Source: Podarcis erhardii
Taxonomy: Eukaryota
Assembly: GCA_964252035.1 (NCBI GenBank)
Contig: OZ176212.1
Direction: 5' to 3' (one strand)
Length of the DNA stretch: 64,000 nucleotides
The position numbers and the translations under genes were made by a program. The notes under the pieces were generated by a model. The model saw only the letters and a list, made by a program, of their open reading frames with translations, made no database searches and was not told where the DNA came from. Shown here one piece after another: positions 50,801-63,110 of this stretch (position 1 is its first letter; every line of letters begins with the position of its first letter).

Positions 50801-53800
50801 CTGTGCGACTGCTAGCATTCCCAGAAGAGACGGTTAAGTATTTTTCTCTCCCTTCCAGATACTTTCACAGAGAGCCCTGTCCTCTTACCTTTGTTGCACA
50901 GTTCGCAGACATGATTCGGCCCTTGGCTGTGTACTTTCATGTGGTCCGTGATGTAGGCGGCGCTCAGCATCTTTCCACACACGTGACATGGCACCTTCTC
51001 CTCATGACGGACTGTGTGAGCACGCAGCCGATCCTTGGTGGCAAAGGCTGCTTCACATGTCTGCAGTAACAGAGAGAAAGGAATCATGGCGAAAATGTTT
51101 TTGCCTACAGCAGCCCACTTCCCAAGGCAACCAAAGACTACGGGACTTGAGAACGTGCAAAGTTCCCTTTAAGTACAGGGGACCTGACATTGCCTTCTCT
51201 TGCACCAGAAACTCAGGCAGATTATTGGGGACAAATTAAATAATGGGAGGGAGTAGAGAGTTGATACAGCAATACTGTCAGTGGGGGAAGGTACCTCACA
51301 TTTGAAGGGCCTCTCTGTCGAGTGGACTTGCCGCACATGGCTGTTCAAATGGTCCGGACTGTGGGAGGCAAGAAATATTCAAGTAAGTGATCTGTTCTTG
51401 AGGAATTCTCTTTCATTCCCTGCTATAAAGGTCCATGTCCCCCCATTATTAAATTCATCTCCTTTTCCTTCTCAATCCCAACTATGTTGCTATAGTTTCA
51501 TGTCTCCTAAAGCTGGGTTGTCCCTGTTTCTTTTACTGGTAAAGTTTTTCTGCTTTTAACAGATGCACAGGAATATGCTTCTTTTGGAAAAGCTGTTCCT
51601 CTTAAACGCCAGTTAGCTTGCAGCTGTTAACAGAAAATAACTCTGTCATTAAAAAGTGCCAGTTATAGTTTTAACAGGCTTAATTCATCATTTTCAAGCA
51701 TGCACTGATGTGAGTCTAGGCAAGATGAGTGAGGGAGACTATGCGCCTACAGAAATGTTCTTGGGGAATTCATCCACTCAATGGTTTATTAATTAGCCAC
51801 AGATTAGTCACAGATACTGATAAAACCTAAACTGGAAAACAATTCAGAAAAGGATTTGACACTCAAGAATCCAATTGATTTACAGGGAACCCTCCATTAG
51901 AAAGCAAGCTGAAAATAGAAACTGTAAACTTAGAACTGAGAGATGCTGACATGTTTTAATCTCTTTTTAGTTTAGAGGTTATTTTAATTTTTTTAAACGT
52001 TTCTTATTTTTAACTAGCTTTGTTGATAATATTCTTGTAAACCTTTTAGAGGTTTTGTTACAATAAAATGGCATATAAATTTTGTTAAAATAAATAAAAT
52101 AAAGGTTGTCACTTATTTGAAAGGGTAAGAAAGTGCAGTGTTGAGAGCAACCTTGAATATATATAGCTAGCTTGCCTAGAGGAAATTTCTACAGCACATG
52201 TGTAATTTATATGTGCTTTCTGCTGCTAAAATTACAAGCCCTTGTGGTGATGAAAAGAAATTCTGGATATATTCAAGTAGTTTCTACCCAACGAAATAAA
52301 CAAAAAGGGTGTAGAAAACAGTGTATTCTAGTCAGGTGTTAACGGTCCTCTGTATTTTCTGTAGTTGTGTGTGACTTGAGTGTATATGTATCAGACCATA
52401 ACAACACTCATATTTTAAAGACCTACTTTAAAAAGGTTGCATTTCTAAAGTTATTTCTTTAAAAGTTCATGTTTACTCCTTTATCGTTGCAAGTCAGAAG
52501 CCTGACTCTATGGCCTCTAGGAGCTGTGAAGCCTGGAATGTTACTAGATTTTTTTGTTAAATAGGTTAAATAAATTTGTAATTTTATGTTGGGAACCACC
52601 CTGATATCTATGGGTATTGTGTAGTACACAAATTTAATAAACCAATCAACCAACCTACACCTGTCCTTCTGCTTCCATTTCTACAAGGGGCTGTCAGATC
52701 AGAAAACTTCAGCACCTTCTTTTTATGTTCATGCTTTTACTGGGGGCTTGCAAGAACATCTAGAGCCCATGGGGCAATTTGTTTCTCTGGAATTTTCTTT
52801 GTATTTTGAGCACAGGCTGCTCTTGGTATTCCATGCAACTGCAGGTCCACACAAAACCTGGGCCAAGTGTAGGAATTGAGATGGCCTAACTTATTTTAAA
52901 GAGCAAGTGCATTCTTTCTACAATTGTACAGAAAAGCTGGCAAATGTAAGGGCAATTCTGGTAAAATCTCAGAAAAAAAGGGAGAGAAATCTGGTCACAG
53001 AGCCTTTCTGATCAGGCCGCAACTTATCAGTGTTCTATGCTGCCAGCATGGTGACAATGCAATTACTAAGTACATTTGCAAATGTTTAATTCTGGAAATG
53101 TGAGGTTTTCTTTCCCCACAAGCTGACCTCATTGTCTGTTGCTTGATCTAACAGCCAATTAATATGCAAAGAAATTCCATAGATCTGGCACTTCTTGAAC
53201 TGTACACTTCAGACTGCAGGTGAGGTACTACATGTTTGAATACACCTTCCTGTTAAAACAAATCCTTTGAATGAAAAGCTAGCATGTCAAGAAAGCTTTT
53301 AGTTTCTTACTAACATGTTAGTTCAGTATATGCAGGGATTTGTTTTTACACAGAGGAACAATGAAACACGGACACGTCTGTTGAGTTGACAAAGTAAGGA
53401 GAAGTCTTATGCTATTTCTACATGTTTGAATCTGACCTGAAATGGGCAATATTAAATTGTGGGGTTATATTTACATTTTCCTGTTTCTTTTCAATACTTC
53501 ATGAAAGCCACTTGTTGCACTTTTGTGAAGGTTCTTTGAATGTCTACAATTACCTCCCATGGGTGTCGATGCCTCAATCCCAGTTAGAAGCCTCTTGTTA
53601 ATGGTTGCATTTTATAGGTAGTCAGAAAGAAACAGTGCCTAACACTCTCTGGTATTATAATACAAAAGTACTAGTGGCAGGACTGGGGAAATTTTCTGGA
53701 TTGGGTTTACACTGCCAACTTAAAATAAGTCAGTGAACCACAATTGAGAAAATATGTGCTTTCACATGCCTCCCCTTTCCTTTCTTTCTGTCCTGTTTGT

Positions 53801-56800
53801 TCAGCTGGATTGGTACGTAAGAACTGCAATGAGTTTGCTGCTCCTAGGAATGGAACTTGTGAGGGATTTGGATGGATTTCCCATGCGGTCTTTACTGTTC
53901 TGGAGTCCTCCCACAGAACCAGAACCAGCTGGTGTTCCTTAGAAAACCTTTTATATGGCCAAGGTAGTCAAGATTAGGCTTGGAGGAATTTGAGTTATGG
54001 CAAGAGCTGCAAAAGGAAGGGATCCTGAGGCGCCCCAAACATCCCTCAATCAGTTAATGTTAGCTTCTAGTGTAATAGCACTGTCCTAACTCATACTGGT
54101 TCAGGATGTTGTCTGCTAAAGCTTCTTCTCTATCATAAGGGGAAACACCTTTTCTAAAAGCCAACCTTCCTCACGTAAGCCCTGCAACAAGTCCCATTTG
54201 AACTGCCTCCTCCCTGCACCCTTGAATCCCTCGTACCGAGAGAAACTCTTCCCACAGTGGCTGCAGATGTACGGCTTGTGCACAGCACCATCATGCGAAC
54301 GGACGTGATAGCTCATGCGGTCCTTCCGCTTGAATCGCTGCTGGCAGACAGGACACTGGTAGGGTTTCTCGTCTGAATGGGACAACTTATGCCGATTGAG
54401 ATGGTAGACGTCCCGGAAGGCTTTCCCACACATCTCACAAGCATGGTTCTTCCGGATGCGTTTGCCTGATGCTGTAGTGGTCACCAGCCCTGCTCCTGAC
54501 CCTGCTGTGTTTCCTGCACCTTCGGCAGGGGCAGGTGTTGCTGCTGTTGTGCCACCGATGGCGGAAACACTAAGCAAGCTGAGGGGGACCATGGTGGGCA
54601 TCTTCATGGTCGTGGGTCCAGCGCGAGAAGCTTTGGCCCCCGTATGAATGGCTTCATGGCGCCGCAGGTTGTAGCCATTTTTGAATTCTTTAGCACACAG
54701 GGAGCAGATGTAGGGACCTTTGCTCTTGGGCTTCTTCTGGGCATCACCTTGCTGTTGCGTAGCAGAAGCTGCCTGGGAGGTTGGGGCTTGTGTAGTTTGA
54801 GAGGATGGTGCTACCTGCCCACCACCACCCTCAGAGGCAGAAGGTTGCTGCTGCTTCAAAGCAGCCGTGTCTACTGTGGAAGCAGATGGTGCAGAGCCAG
54901 TAGCGGCAGCAACCACAGCAGCAGCAGCGGCTGTTTCCTGGGCTGCAGCCAAGACTGGCAGGAGATCCACTTGGAGGGATTCAGCAGGGGTGGCTGTCTG
55001 CTGGGGAGGGGCTGTTGTGGTGGCAGTCTGAACAGAAAAAGAGATTTTATACTTGAAAAATACAGTAATGAACAATGAATTCTGAAAGCCTACAGTATTC
55101 TAGTAACTTGTAGAGTGGATGGAATAGTAAATTCCCATTTCAAAAGCATCCATCTCTCATAAACTAGCTTGAACTCATCTTAGGTGGGGGAAGATTAAGA
55201 TGGGCTGGATTATTATTTACCAAATGTTATGGGAGGAGAAGCAGGAATACTCGCTACAAGCACTCACCAGCTCCACTGAATAGTTAGAATTCAAGTTAAA
55301 GACCTGAGCATCTCAGAGTTGGAGAGCTCTGCTTTTACAGATACCATGCCCTGCAAAGTGAAGACTTTGGTATTTCTTACTAAGTCTGGAAAATCTAGCT
55401 CAGTACAGTGCCATCAGCTTAAGTGTACTGGAAGCTTCACCCTAACTCCAACCACAGAAAATACTAGCCCATTTGCTCTCATGCATCTGCACGTTTACAG
55501 GTGGGAGAAGGACAACCAGGTTCCAGTTTGTTAAACATTTCTTGCTGGTTGCCTGTGTGTCAAAGGCAACTGGATGATTGGCTATTTACAAACTTGGATT
55601 ACAGAAACTTTATCTGGGATAGCTTTCTGCCTATCTTAAATGTGTACCCTCCATTCTAATACAGTGGTGCCCTGCAAGACGAATGCCTCCCAAGACGAAA
55701 AACCCGCTAGATGAAAGGGTTTTCCGTTTTGAAGGTGCTTCGCAAGACGAATTTCCCTATGGGCTTGCTTTGCAAGACGAAAATGTCTTGCGAGTTTTTC
55801 CGACTTTTTTCCCCTCCCCCCCCCTTTTTCTAAGCCGCTAAGCCGCTAATAGCGCTAATCCACTAAGCCGCTAATGGGCTTGCTTCGCAAGACGAAAAAA
55901 CCGCTAGACGAAGAGACTCGCGGAACGGATTCTTTTCGTCTTGCGAGGCACCACTGTAATACTAATAATATCATCATAAGCCTTTAAAATTGATGCCAGT
56001 GAATGGTGTGGAAACCACAGCATGCCTGAAGCTAATCAGGTGTGAACCTGATCATTCTCTTGGATGGGAGTTCCGAGTACGAGCAGAATATAAAAAACAC
56101 ATTAGAAAAGAAATTCAGCCTACAATTCAGCTTACATATATGTCTGATGCAGCTTTGTACTATTTAAGTACTAGCCTGGTAGCCATCAGTGAGAAGGAAT
56201 TCTATGCAGGCAAGTGAGTAGTCTCAGGAAGGAGTTTTCCATCCCTCCTGTGCACCTACCAGAGAAATGCAGCTAACTGATGCAGGAGGGACAAAGCTCT
56301 CTGTCCATCTGCCATCCCTAGCGTGCTAGTAAAAACATGGCAGAAAAGCAATGTTTGTAAACTTATTTACAAGGCTTTTAGAAAGAAGAAATGCATAGAT
56401 TTGAGCCAACAACCATTTAGACACCAATTTGTTCTTATTCCTTAGCCAAAATATTTCCCAGAATTTTCAATCAGGAAATAATTCACAGGATTAGAGAAAA
56501 ATGTGTTTGGAACCTTTTAAAAATCTAGAAAAGTATTCTTTTAAAAATGCTAACAATTTATAAATCAATTTCAATGAAAATATGCTCAGTCCATATATGG
56601 CAATCCATGGGTCCAAACTAAGCCGTTTTACTTTGTGATTTTCACATTTACAAAGAGAGATTAAATTTTTTCACTCCAAATTCTACAAACCAAAAATTAC
56701 TTCTTCACTGAGAAGCTTTTGTGCATTAGCTATATAAGGTGATGAACATAATTTAACTCCAGGCAACAAAGAAATACATAAGGACCCATGGTCCTGGCTT

Positions 56801-59800
56801 GCCTGGCTAGAAGACTTTCTAGTGCCCATCACCATCAGAAAACAGTAAGGACAACTACCATATCATGAAGTGACAGTCTTTCTTAACTTCTATAGAAGAG
56901 ACTTGAATTCAAATTCCTGTTCAGTCACTGATTTGTGACCAAGTCATATGTGTCAGAAACTAGGCAGAGTTACTTGGAAGTAAATTATGCTTTGTTTTGT
57001 ATTGCTTATTCCCAGGAAAATGTGTGAAGGACTAGCCCCTTAATCTCTGTACACTGGTCAGAAAAATGGAACAAGGGATGCTATCAGGAAAAATGACAAA
57101 CCACTACATAAACCTAAGTTCAATCTAGCATTTCAGAGATCTGTTATTATTCAAAAATACAGTTGTCTTGGTTATGTTCCTTCACGACCTTTTAAATTCA
57201 ATTTAGAGCATTATCTGTAAGTGAAGTTCAAATAGTTCTTTCTCTGGTAGAGGTTTGTCAGCATCCAAGTCTGGGTAGCTTCCAAAACAACCAGCTATAT
57301 GCAACATTAGTTATACTCAAAACAGATCCACTGACATCAATGAACCTAAGTAACACCAGTTGATTTCACTGGGTCTACTCAGGGTATGATTTAATTAGAT
57401 ATTACCCAATAAAACTTTGATTCAGATTGCTTTTTAAAGTATAGAGTTAACCAGGGAAGGGCTGACCTTAAACTGCAATCCTACGCCTACTGAACATGGT
57501 GACACTTCTGAAAAAATGTGTATGGGATAAAGCTGCCTATCAGGGTATTTACACAATAATAATTTATTTTGTTTTAATTTGTTACCTGTTGAAGTCTGGG
57601 ATATATGAGTTTAGTAATATTAATAAAAGCAAAATAAATCTAAATAGAACCAAGGTAATATCTGCACAGCAAGGCAGAATTCTTGGCCCCAGTAAAACTT
57701 TAACTTTTAATTCAGAGTAAACTTGAAGTGCACCAGATTAATTTCATGGGTTTGGTGAACTGGGAGAAGGGGACGGTTTATTTTAACATAAGGGTACAGA
57801 TTTAAGTACTTGGCTTTAAAACTCTGCACAAGCTTTATAGGGTGGTCTCTGGCAAATCATTATTTCAGAGGCTCAGTCCCACAACTGTTTTATGCTTTTT
57901 TTAAAAAATTGGTGCTGCTTCTGTAATGATTTTAATTGACTGAATATAGTTGTATTTTATTGATTTTAATTTGTGAACTGCCCAGAGGACATGGTTAATT
58001 GGGTGGTATATAAATGCTGAAAGTAAACAAATAAAAATAAACATTAAGTGACTGACATCAAGTAAGAGTGGATAAATAAATGTAAAACAGTATTTACAGT
58101 AAGAAATACAAAATTATTTTTTAAAATCAAGTATTTGTACAGGGTACCCTTTGAGGTTGAGGCAATTCGTATAAAAAATTTTGGTCTCCAGCACTGAGAT
58201 GCAGCTGCCTCAAGTAGATATCGTTTTTCAAAGGGGTCCATCGCTCTCCATTTGGTGCCCAGACAGAGCTCACCTGGAAGGGGCTTTGACTGCAGCCCTG
58301 AGCAGCAAAAAATCTGGACTGGATTTCGGTCCCAACCTGCAGAGGGTTCTGTGTATGACTCTGCTAAAGAGACAGAAAAAAAGAAAGATTAGGGAACCTT
58401 AAAAGAATCCTCCCCACCCTTCAGCAAATTTGGAAACTCAAGAGTTACCATAAATTCAAAGGACGGCAAGAGAGAAATGGGTAATTGTAGGAAATCGGTG
58501 TGTTTGGTTATTCCACAGGAACTATGGGTGATGAGATGAAAGATGTAGAGAGAGCAGCAATTGCTTGACCCAAGTAACTTCAAGCACTGAATGTAAGTGT
58601 GGAGTAGTTATGGTTTACAACAGGAAAAATATGGGGTTGAATCCAATGTAAGTAGGGCAATTTAAATTAATAAATATGCCTTTCTGGTCCATTAATTTCA
58701 GTGGGTCTACTCTAAGCAGAACTTAGTTGGTTTCCCATGGTGTGGGAAAGGAGGAAAGTTTGTTTGTGGGAGAAGAGAAAGCTAGGTGTAAGGTATGGGA
58801 CTGTAAAGATAAATTGCTACACTGGGCCAAGATGAGGGTTTGACTATTGTGTACAAAAGTATGGAATAAAAGAGGGCATGTACTAGGAGAGTCTACTTTC
58901 CTTCGGGAATGGGGAAAAGGACAGGCAAGGGATTCCCAACAGCAGTAGATATGGGCCAGCATTATGTTAAGGTCTATGCCTGGGAGATCCCCCTCCCCAA
59001 CCACACACATGATGGTGAAGTACTAGGGGAGCCATGTCTCTGACTTATAAGAGGAGAGACATTAAGGGGAAAGCAAGTACAGTAGTTGCATATCTGAAAA
59101 AGGGGAAGGCCTGAGGCTGAGCTCTGCAAAGGGAAAACCCGGGCAGGAAGCACTAGGAGGGAGGGCGATTACCTAGGAAAGGAGCCAAGGGTGACAGCAG
59201 CAGGCAGGAGGTTATTATTTGGTCAGAAACTGGAAAGGGGAGGTGGCTGGGGAGGTGGGGCTGCAGGTTTAAAGAGGAAATTGTCTGCAAGGGAGGCTCA
59301 AGAAGTGGAAGCAGGAGGTTAAGACAAGGAGCTCCAAAGGGTGGGGAAGTAGGGGCCTCATGCAATCTTGACAAAATTTGGCCACACATGCCTGGTCACA
59401 GGAAAAGTTGGAGGTAATGTACCTCCCACCGTGTATACAGCCACTATCTATATCATAATGTATTTGTAGGTGAGGAGGAAAGAAGTGGGGTCATCTCCCT
59501 GCATTTTTTAATGTCCAGAGACGGCCCCTTTAGGAGTCCACACATAAAGGTAGGCAGGAAACAGGTGGGAAATCCAACACTACACCTGTTGGCTGCCAAA
59601 GGTCACACCTAGCTACCTCCTTTTGTGCCTGCGCTTCAGGGTAAGTAAATAGCGGGGCCAGGAAATGAGCCTGAAGCCTCTCCTTGGCATGTGTGGCCAA
59701 ACTCGCACTGGTGTTAGGCAGAAACCCCTAGAGGGCACAGCTTTGGGGAGGGGAAAGCAATTATGGCAGGAGGACATTTTATTTTGTGGGGGGCATGACG

Positions 59801-60383
59801 GGAAGAGAGGATTATGCGCGCGTAGCCTTGGAGAGGGCGAGGCAGCTGTAGTGCGTGTGTATCTGAGGGGGGGCATTTTGGAAAGCAGGATCACTGGGAG
59901 TGGGACCGAGGAGGCACCGAGGTAGCAACTGGCAGGGAAAAAGGTGGGGGACAAGCGCGAGGGGATGGGCAGAGCGAGCGCGAGAGGGAGGTGACCGTTG
60001 GGGGGGGGGAGAGGGAGATGAAGCGCGAGGCGGAGGGAGGGGCTGGGCACAGCGAGCGTAGAGAACGAGGGGGTAGGGGGAGCGCAAGGCTGCGCTGGGC
60101 GGAGGGAGGTGACCGTTGGGGCAGCGCGAGGCGGGGGGGGGGGGAGCGCGTGCTGAGTGCGCCCTGCTGGCCCGCGCGCGCAAGGGCCCCCGCCCGCTGG
60201 GATTCCCGAGGGGAGGGGCGGGGCAGGGAGGGTGTGAGCGGGGAGCCTAGAGCTCTTGCTTGCACTCCCTTGTCCTCCGCTCGCGCTCCCCCCCTTTTTT
60301 TAGCGGAGAAGGGAGGGGGGAAGGTGGAGGAGAAGGGGGGGGGTTACCTGGAAGATGAAGCTGCTCCAGTTGCTCGGGTCCAT
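47884..60383 (-). CDS. MAZ: MYC-associated zinc finger protein, C2H2 transcription factor (~423 aa isoform)
   Basis: Exons 60348-60383 (MDPSNWSSFIFQ), 58274-58360/58363 (SHTQNPLQVGTEIQSRFFAAQGCSQSPFQ), 54237-55027 (LQVDLLPVLAAAQE...KSKGPYICSLCAKEFKNGYNLRRHEAIH...), 51295-51358, 50889-51060 and 47884-48005 (GTGEVCP...LPTQPW*); all GT-AG and phase-compatible. Confidence 0.98.
49031..49218 (-). CDS. MAZ: MAZ alternative exon encoding two extra C2H2 fingers (isoform 2 / SAF-2-like)
   Basis: Acceptor ccccctcccgtag|GG in phase 1; GFTTAAYLRVHAVKDHGLAAPRLERFLCKLCGVHCKTPAQLNGHLQTHAG...* matches the human MAZ isoform 2 C-terminus as I recall it. Confidence 0.92.
55662..55956. mobile_element. Tc1/mariner-pogo-type MITE in a MAZ intron
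   Basis: TA|CAGTGGTGCCCTGCAAGACGAA ... TTCGTCTTGCGAGGCACCACTG|TA; internal gcaagacgaa and taagccgcta repeats. Confidence 0.85.
57880..58045 (+). mobile_element. Old L2 3' tail (similar tails near 13715-13803, 51960-52100, 52560-52645)
   Basis: T-rich run, then tgtgaactgcccagag...gggtggtatataaat and an A-rich end, the usual squamate L2 terminus. Confidence 0.55.
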
Positions 60384-60900
60384 GGCGGCGGCAACGAGCG
60401 GGGGAGGGGGGGGTTCAGCTCGGCGAGAGGGGGGGTCGGGAAGGGAGGGGGGAGCGAGTGGGGAGCAGCAGCAACGTCGCGCGGGCGGGGGGAGTGAAGG
60501 TGGGAGGGGGGATAGAGCGAGGAGGCAGCGGCGCGAGGAAACCTCGGCGCGCACGCTGATTGGCCCCCTCTGCGCGCGCGCGCGCCCCCCGGCGCCACAG
60601 CCTCTCTGGGCGGGGAGGGGTGAAGAGGGGGTATGGAGAAGGCGGCAGGTAGCGATTGGGTGGGGCTGCCGTCCTCGCTCCCGACGTGCGCGGGATCGTA
60701 CAAAAGGCCCCCACGTGTGGTGCTTGCTGATTGGGTGGAGTGACGAGCGCTGTGGCCGTAGGGTTTTTTTCTTTTAAAGAAGAAAGTTGATTGGCCGGCG
60801 CCGAGGCGGCCGCGCGCGAGTAACGGTTACTCCTTTCCCCTCCCCGTTAGTTTTCTTTTGAGTGACTCCGTCCCCTCTCACAAAATGGCCGCCAGGGAAG
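59800..60900 (-). promoter_or_regulatory. MAZ CpG-island promoter, exon 1 and start of intron 1
   Basis: Very CpG- and G-rich. CCAAT boxes (ATTGG on +) at 60559, 60655, 60730, 60790; E-box CACGTG at 60712; YY1-like AAAATGGCCGCC at 60882; several GGGAGGG motifs. Confidence 0.85.
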
Positions 60901-61719
60901 AGCTTCATCCGTAATGGCCATTATGGTGCCTTTTCTCTTTCTGCCCCTCATTCCGTATTATTCAACCCCCTGCCGTACACTTATGTCGCCTATATTTTAA
61001 AAAATGTCTCAGGGAAGAAGAACGAACTCGACAGCATATTTGGGCTTGCAGGTACTAGTAAGTAAGGTGTAGGACGATCTGCATGACGCCTGCTGTGATC
61101 TAGAACTTAACACAGACAGCTATGCTTTCATAGTATGGGATTATGTCACTGGCATGTACTGCAGCTTCAACCATATCTGGAAATAAACCCCGTTGAATCA
61201 AGTAGAAATTCTGAATAGATATGGTTTGTATTGCCCTCTTGGCGCTTACACCACAAACAGGAGATTTTACTCATTTATGCAAGTTACTTTAATGTGACTT
61301 TTATGCAGACTTCACCTGGACAACCTTCAGCAAGAACTTGAGTTAAATGTGAGACTTCTAACTCTATGTCACCTCTTGGCAAAGAAGGACTCAACCACAA
61401 TTACCTAGGGTCCCTTGTTTTATCACATGACAGGCTTGGGAAAACATCAGGATCGCATTTGTGCACCAAGTGTTCTTAATTGAGCTCATATTTAGCACCA
61501 CAATGCTGCTGACTCAACTTGGCAGGCAAACAGATAACAATTTTTAGTAGAAATCCCAGTGGGTGATACCTTGTTTACTTATTTTTACTGTGATCGCTGT
61601 CCCATGCACCCTGTTCAATCCACATTATACTTGTGCCAGGGCAGATTTGTAAGTTAGCTACGTTCATTTAATATATGCTATTTTACTACTTTTATAATAT
61701 TCTTGTCCTCCAAGGAGTT

Positions 61720-61862
61720 CAAGTGGAGTACTTGATACCCTGTGGGATAAGTTCCAGATAATGACAACTCCAAGGTCACCCAGAGCTTCATGGGCCAATG
61801 GGAATTTGAACACTATGAGTCTTCCTTGTACTACAAGGATACTAACCTCTATAGCACACTGT
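61720..61862 (-). mobile_element. Degraded Squam3-like SINE
   Basis: ccaaggtcacccagagcttcatgggccaatgggaatttgaac...taacctctatagcacactgtctc. Confidence 0.6.
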
Positions 61863-62654
61863 CTCCTGGCTTGAATTGCACTCTGTAACCACAAACCACT
61901 GAGCGTCAGACTTCTATATGGATGCTGTCAACATATTTTCTCAAAGCCTCTGCTTGGTTTTGAGTTGGACTTTTTAAAAAATCTTCCAATAACCAATCTT
62001 CCACAAGCCTGTGTCTTGAATGATTCTGATAACTTCTCTGTTTTAAAGCCAACCCAAAACACAAGTTTACAACCTATTTGTTGTAGCCTTTGTAGCACTG
62101 AGCTGGGCAAATTGAGGAGTGCTTTTGAGGGATTACAATGTATCGCTATTATAATCGCTATATAATAGGAAGATGCTTCAAATACTTAAGTGGTGGTGGT
62201 GGAGGTGAAAATAAACATTTTCTAACAATGACAATGTGTGGCCCTGCTCCTGGATCATGCATATTCCAAAATATAACTGTTGGTTATGAGTGGGTATAGA
62301 ATTGCAGCTCAATTTCATAGTCAATGGGACTCGGCAAAGAGGGACTTTGAGTGCAGCCCTGCTGTGCAGTCCTGTGCGTGGTTTCAAAAGCAAAGCCTTC
62401 TATGTTGAATGATGTTTACTCACAGGCACAAATATGCTTAGGGTCGCTGCTTAGGGCTTCCAAGTAAACAGGAGTCGAAGTGGAATGTTTGCCGCACAAG
62501 TGAGGTCACGCAGTTTGCTTGGATGTGACGGCAGAGGAAATGGCTGGCAGATTAACCCCCCAAAATGACACGCTTTTGTTTTTCTGGTGCACCTTTCAAA
62601 TGGCTGAAGTGGACTATTAGTATACCTTAAATTAAAAAACAACAACAACAGACT

Positions 62655-63110
62655 AGGTGACGTTACGCTACAGAATTTGTCTTGTTTTGGAAGCTATTTC
62701 TCAGCGCGCATGCGTTTTGCAGCAGTTCAGTACCGTAGTCTGAAAAGAAGGAAAATACGCATGCGCTTTGGGAGGAACGGGGGCGTAGCAGTGAGCCGTG
62801 CATAGACCGATGCGGAGGCTCTGCGAAAACAATACGCTCGTGCGCAGTACAGCTCGCTGGCTGTGTCGCGCGCGCGGCTATATAGTGTAAATAAATCAAT
62901 GCGCATGCTCCTAAAGCCTCGGAGAGCGCATGCGCAGCGGGACGCCTGCGTCTTCCGACTGCCGTGAAGAATGCAGTATGCGTTTGCCGCATGCGTAGTA
63001 AAAGCACCTCGCGATTTGCCGCCTCCCCTCGTTTCCCGTATGAGTTGTGATCTCCATTTTACGCTGCCTGAGCGCCAGCAGTGCCGCCTGTGAGCGAATT
63101 TCAGTCCGCA
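62655..63110. promoter_or_regulatory. Small CpG island with clustered NRF1-type sites; target transcript unknown
   Basis: CGCATGCG/GCGCATGC cores at 62706, 62758, 62900, 62926 (GCGCATGCGCA) and 62988; TGACGT at 62658. Confidence 0.7.

Noticed and set aside
59613-60777. Many overlapping 84-168 aa ORFs on both strands around the MAZ promoter
   Set aside because: Expected in a very GC-rich CpG island; only the 12-codon MDPSNWSSFIFQ exon has homology and a donor.
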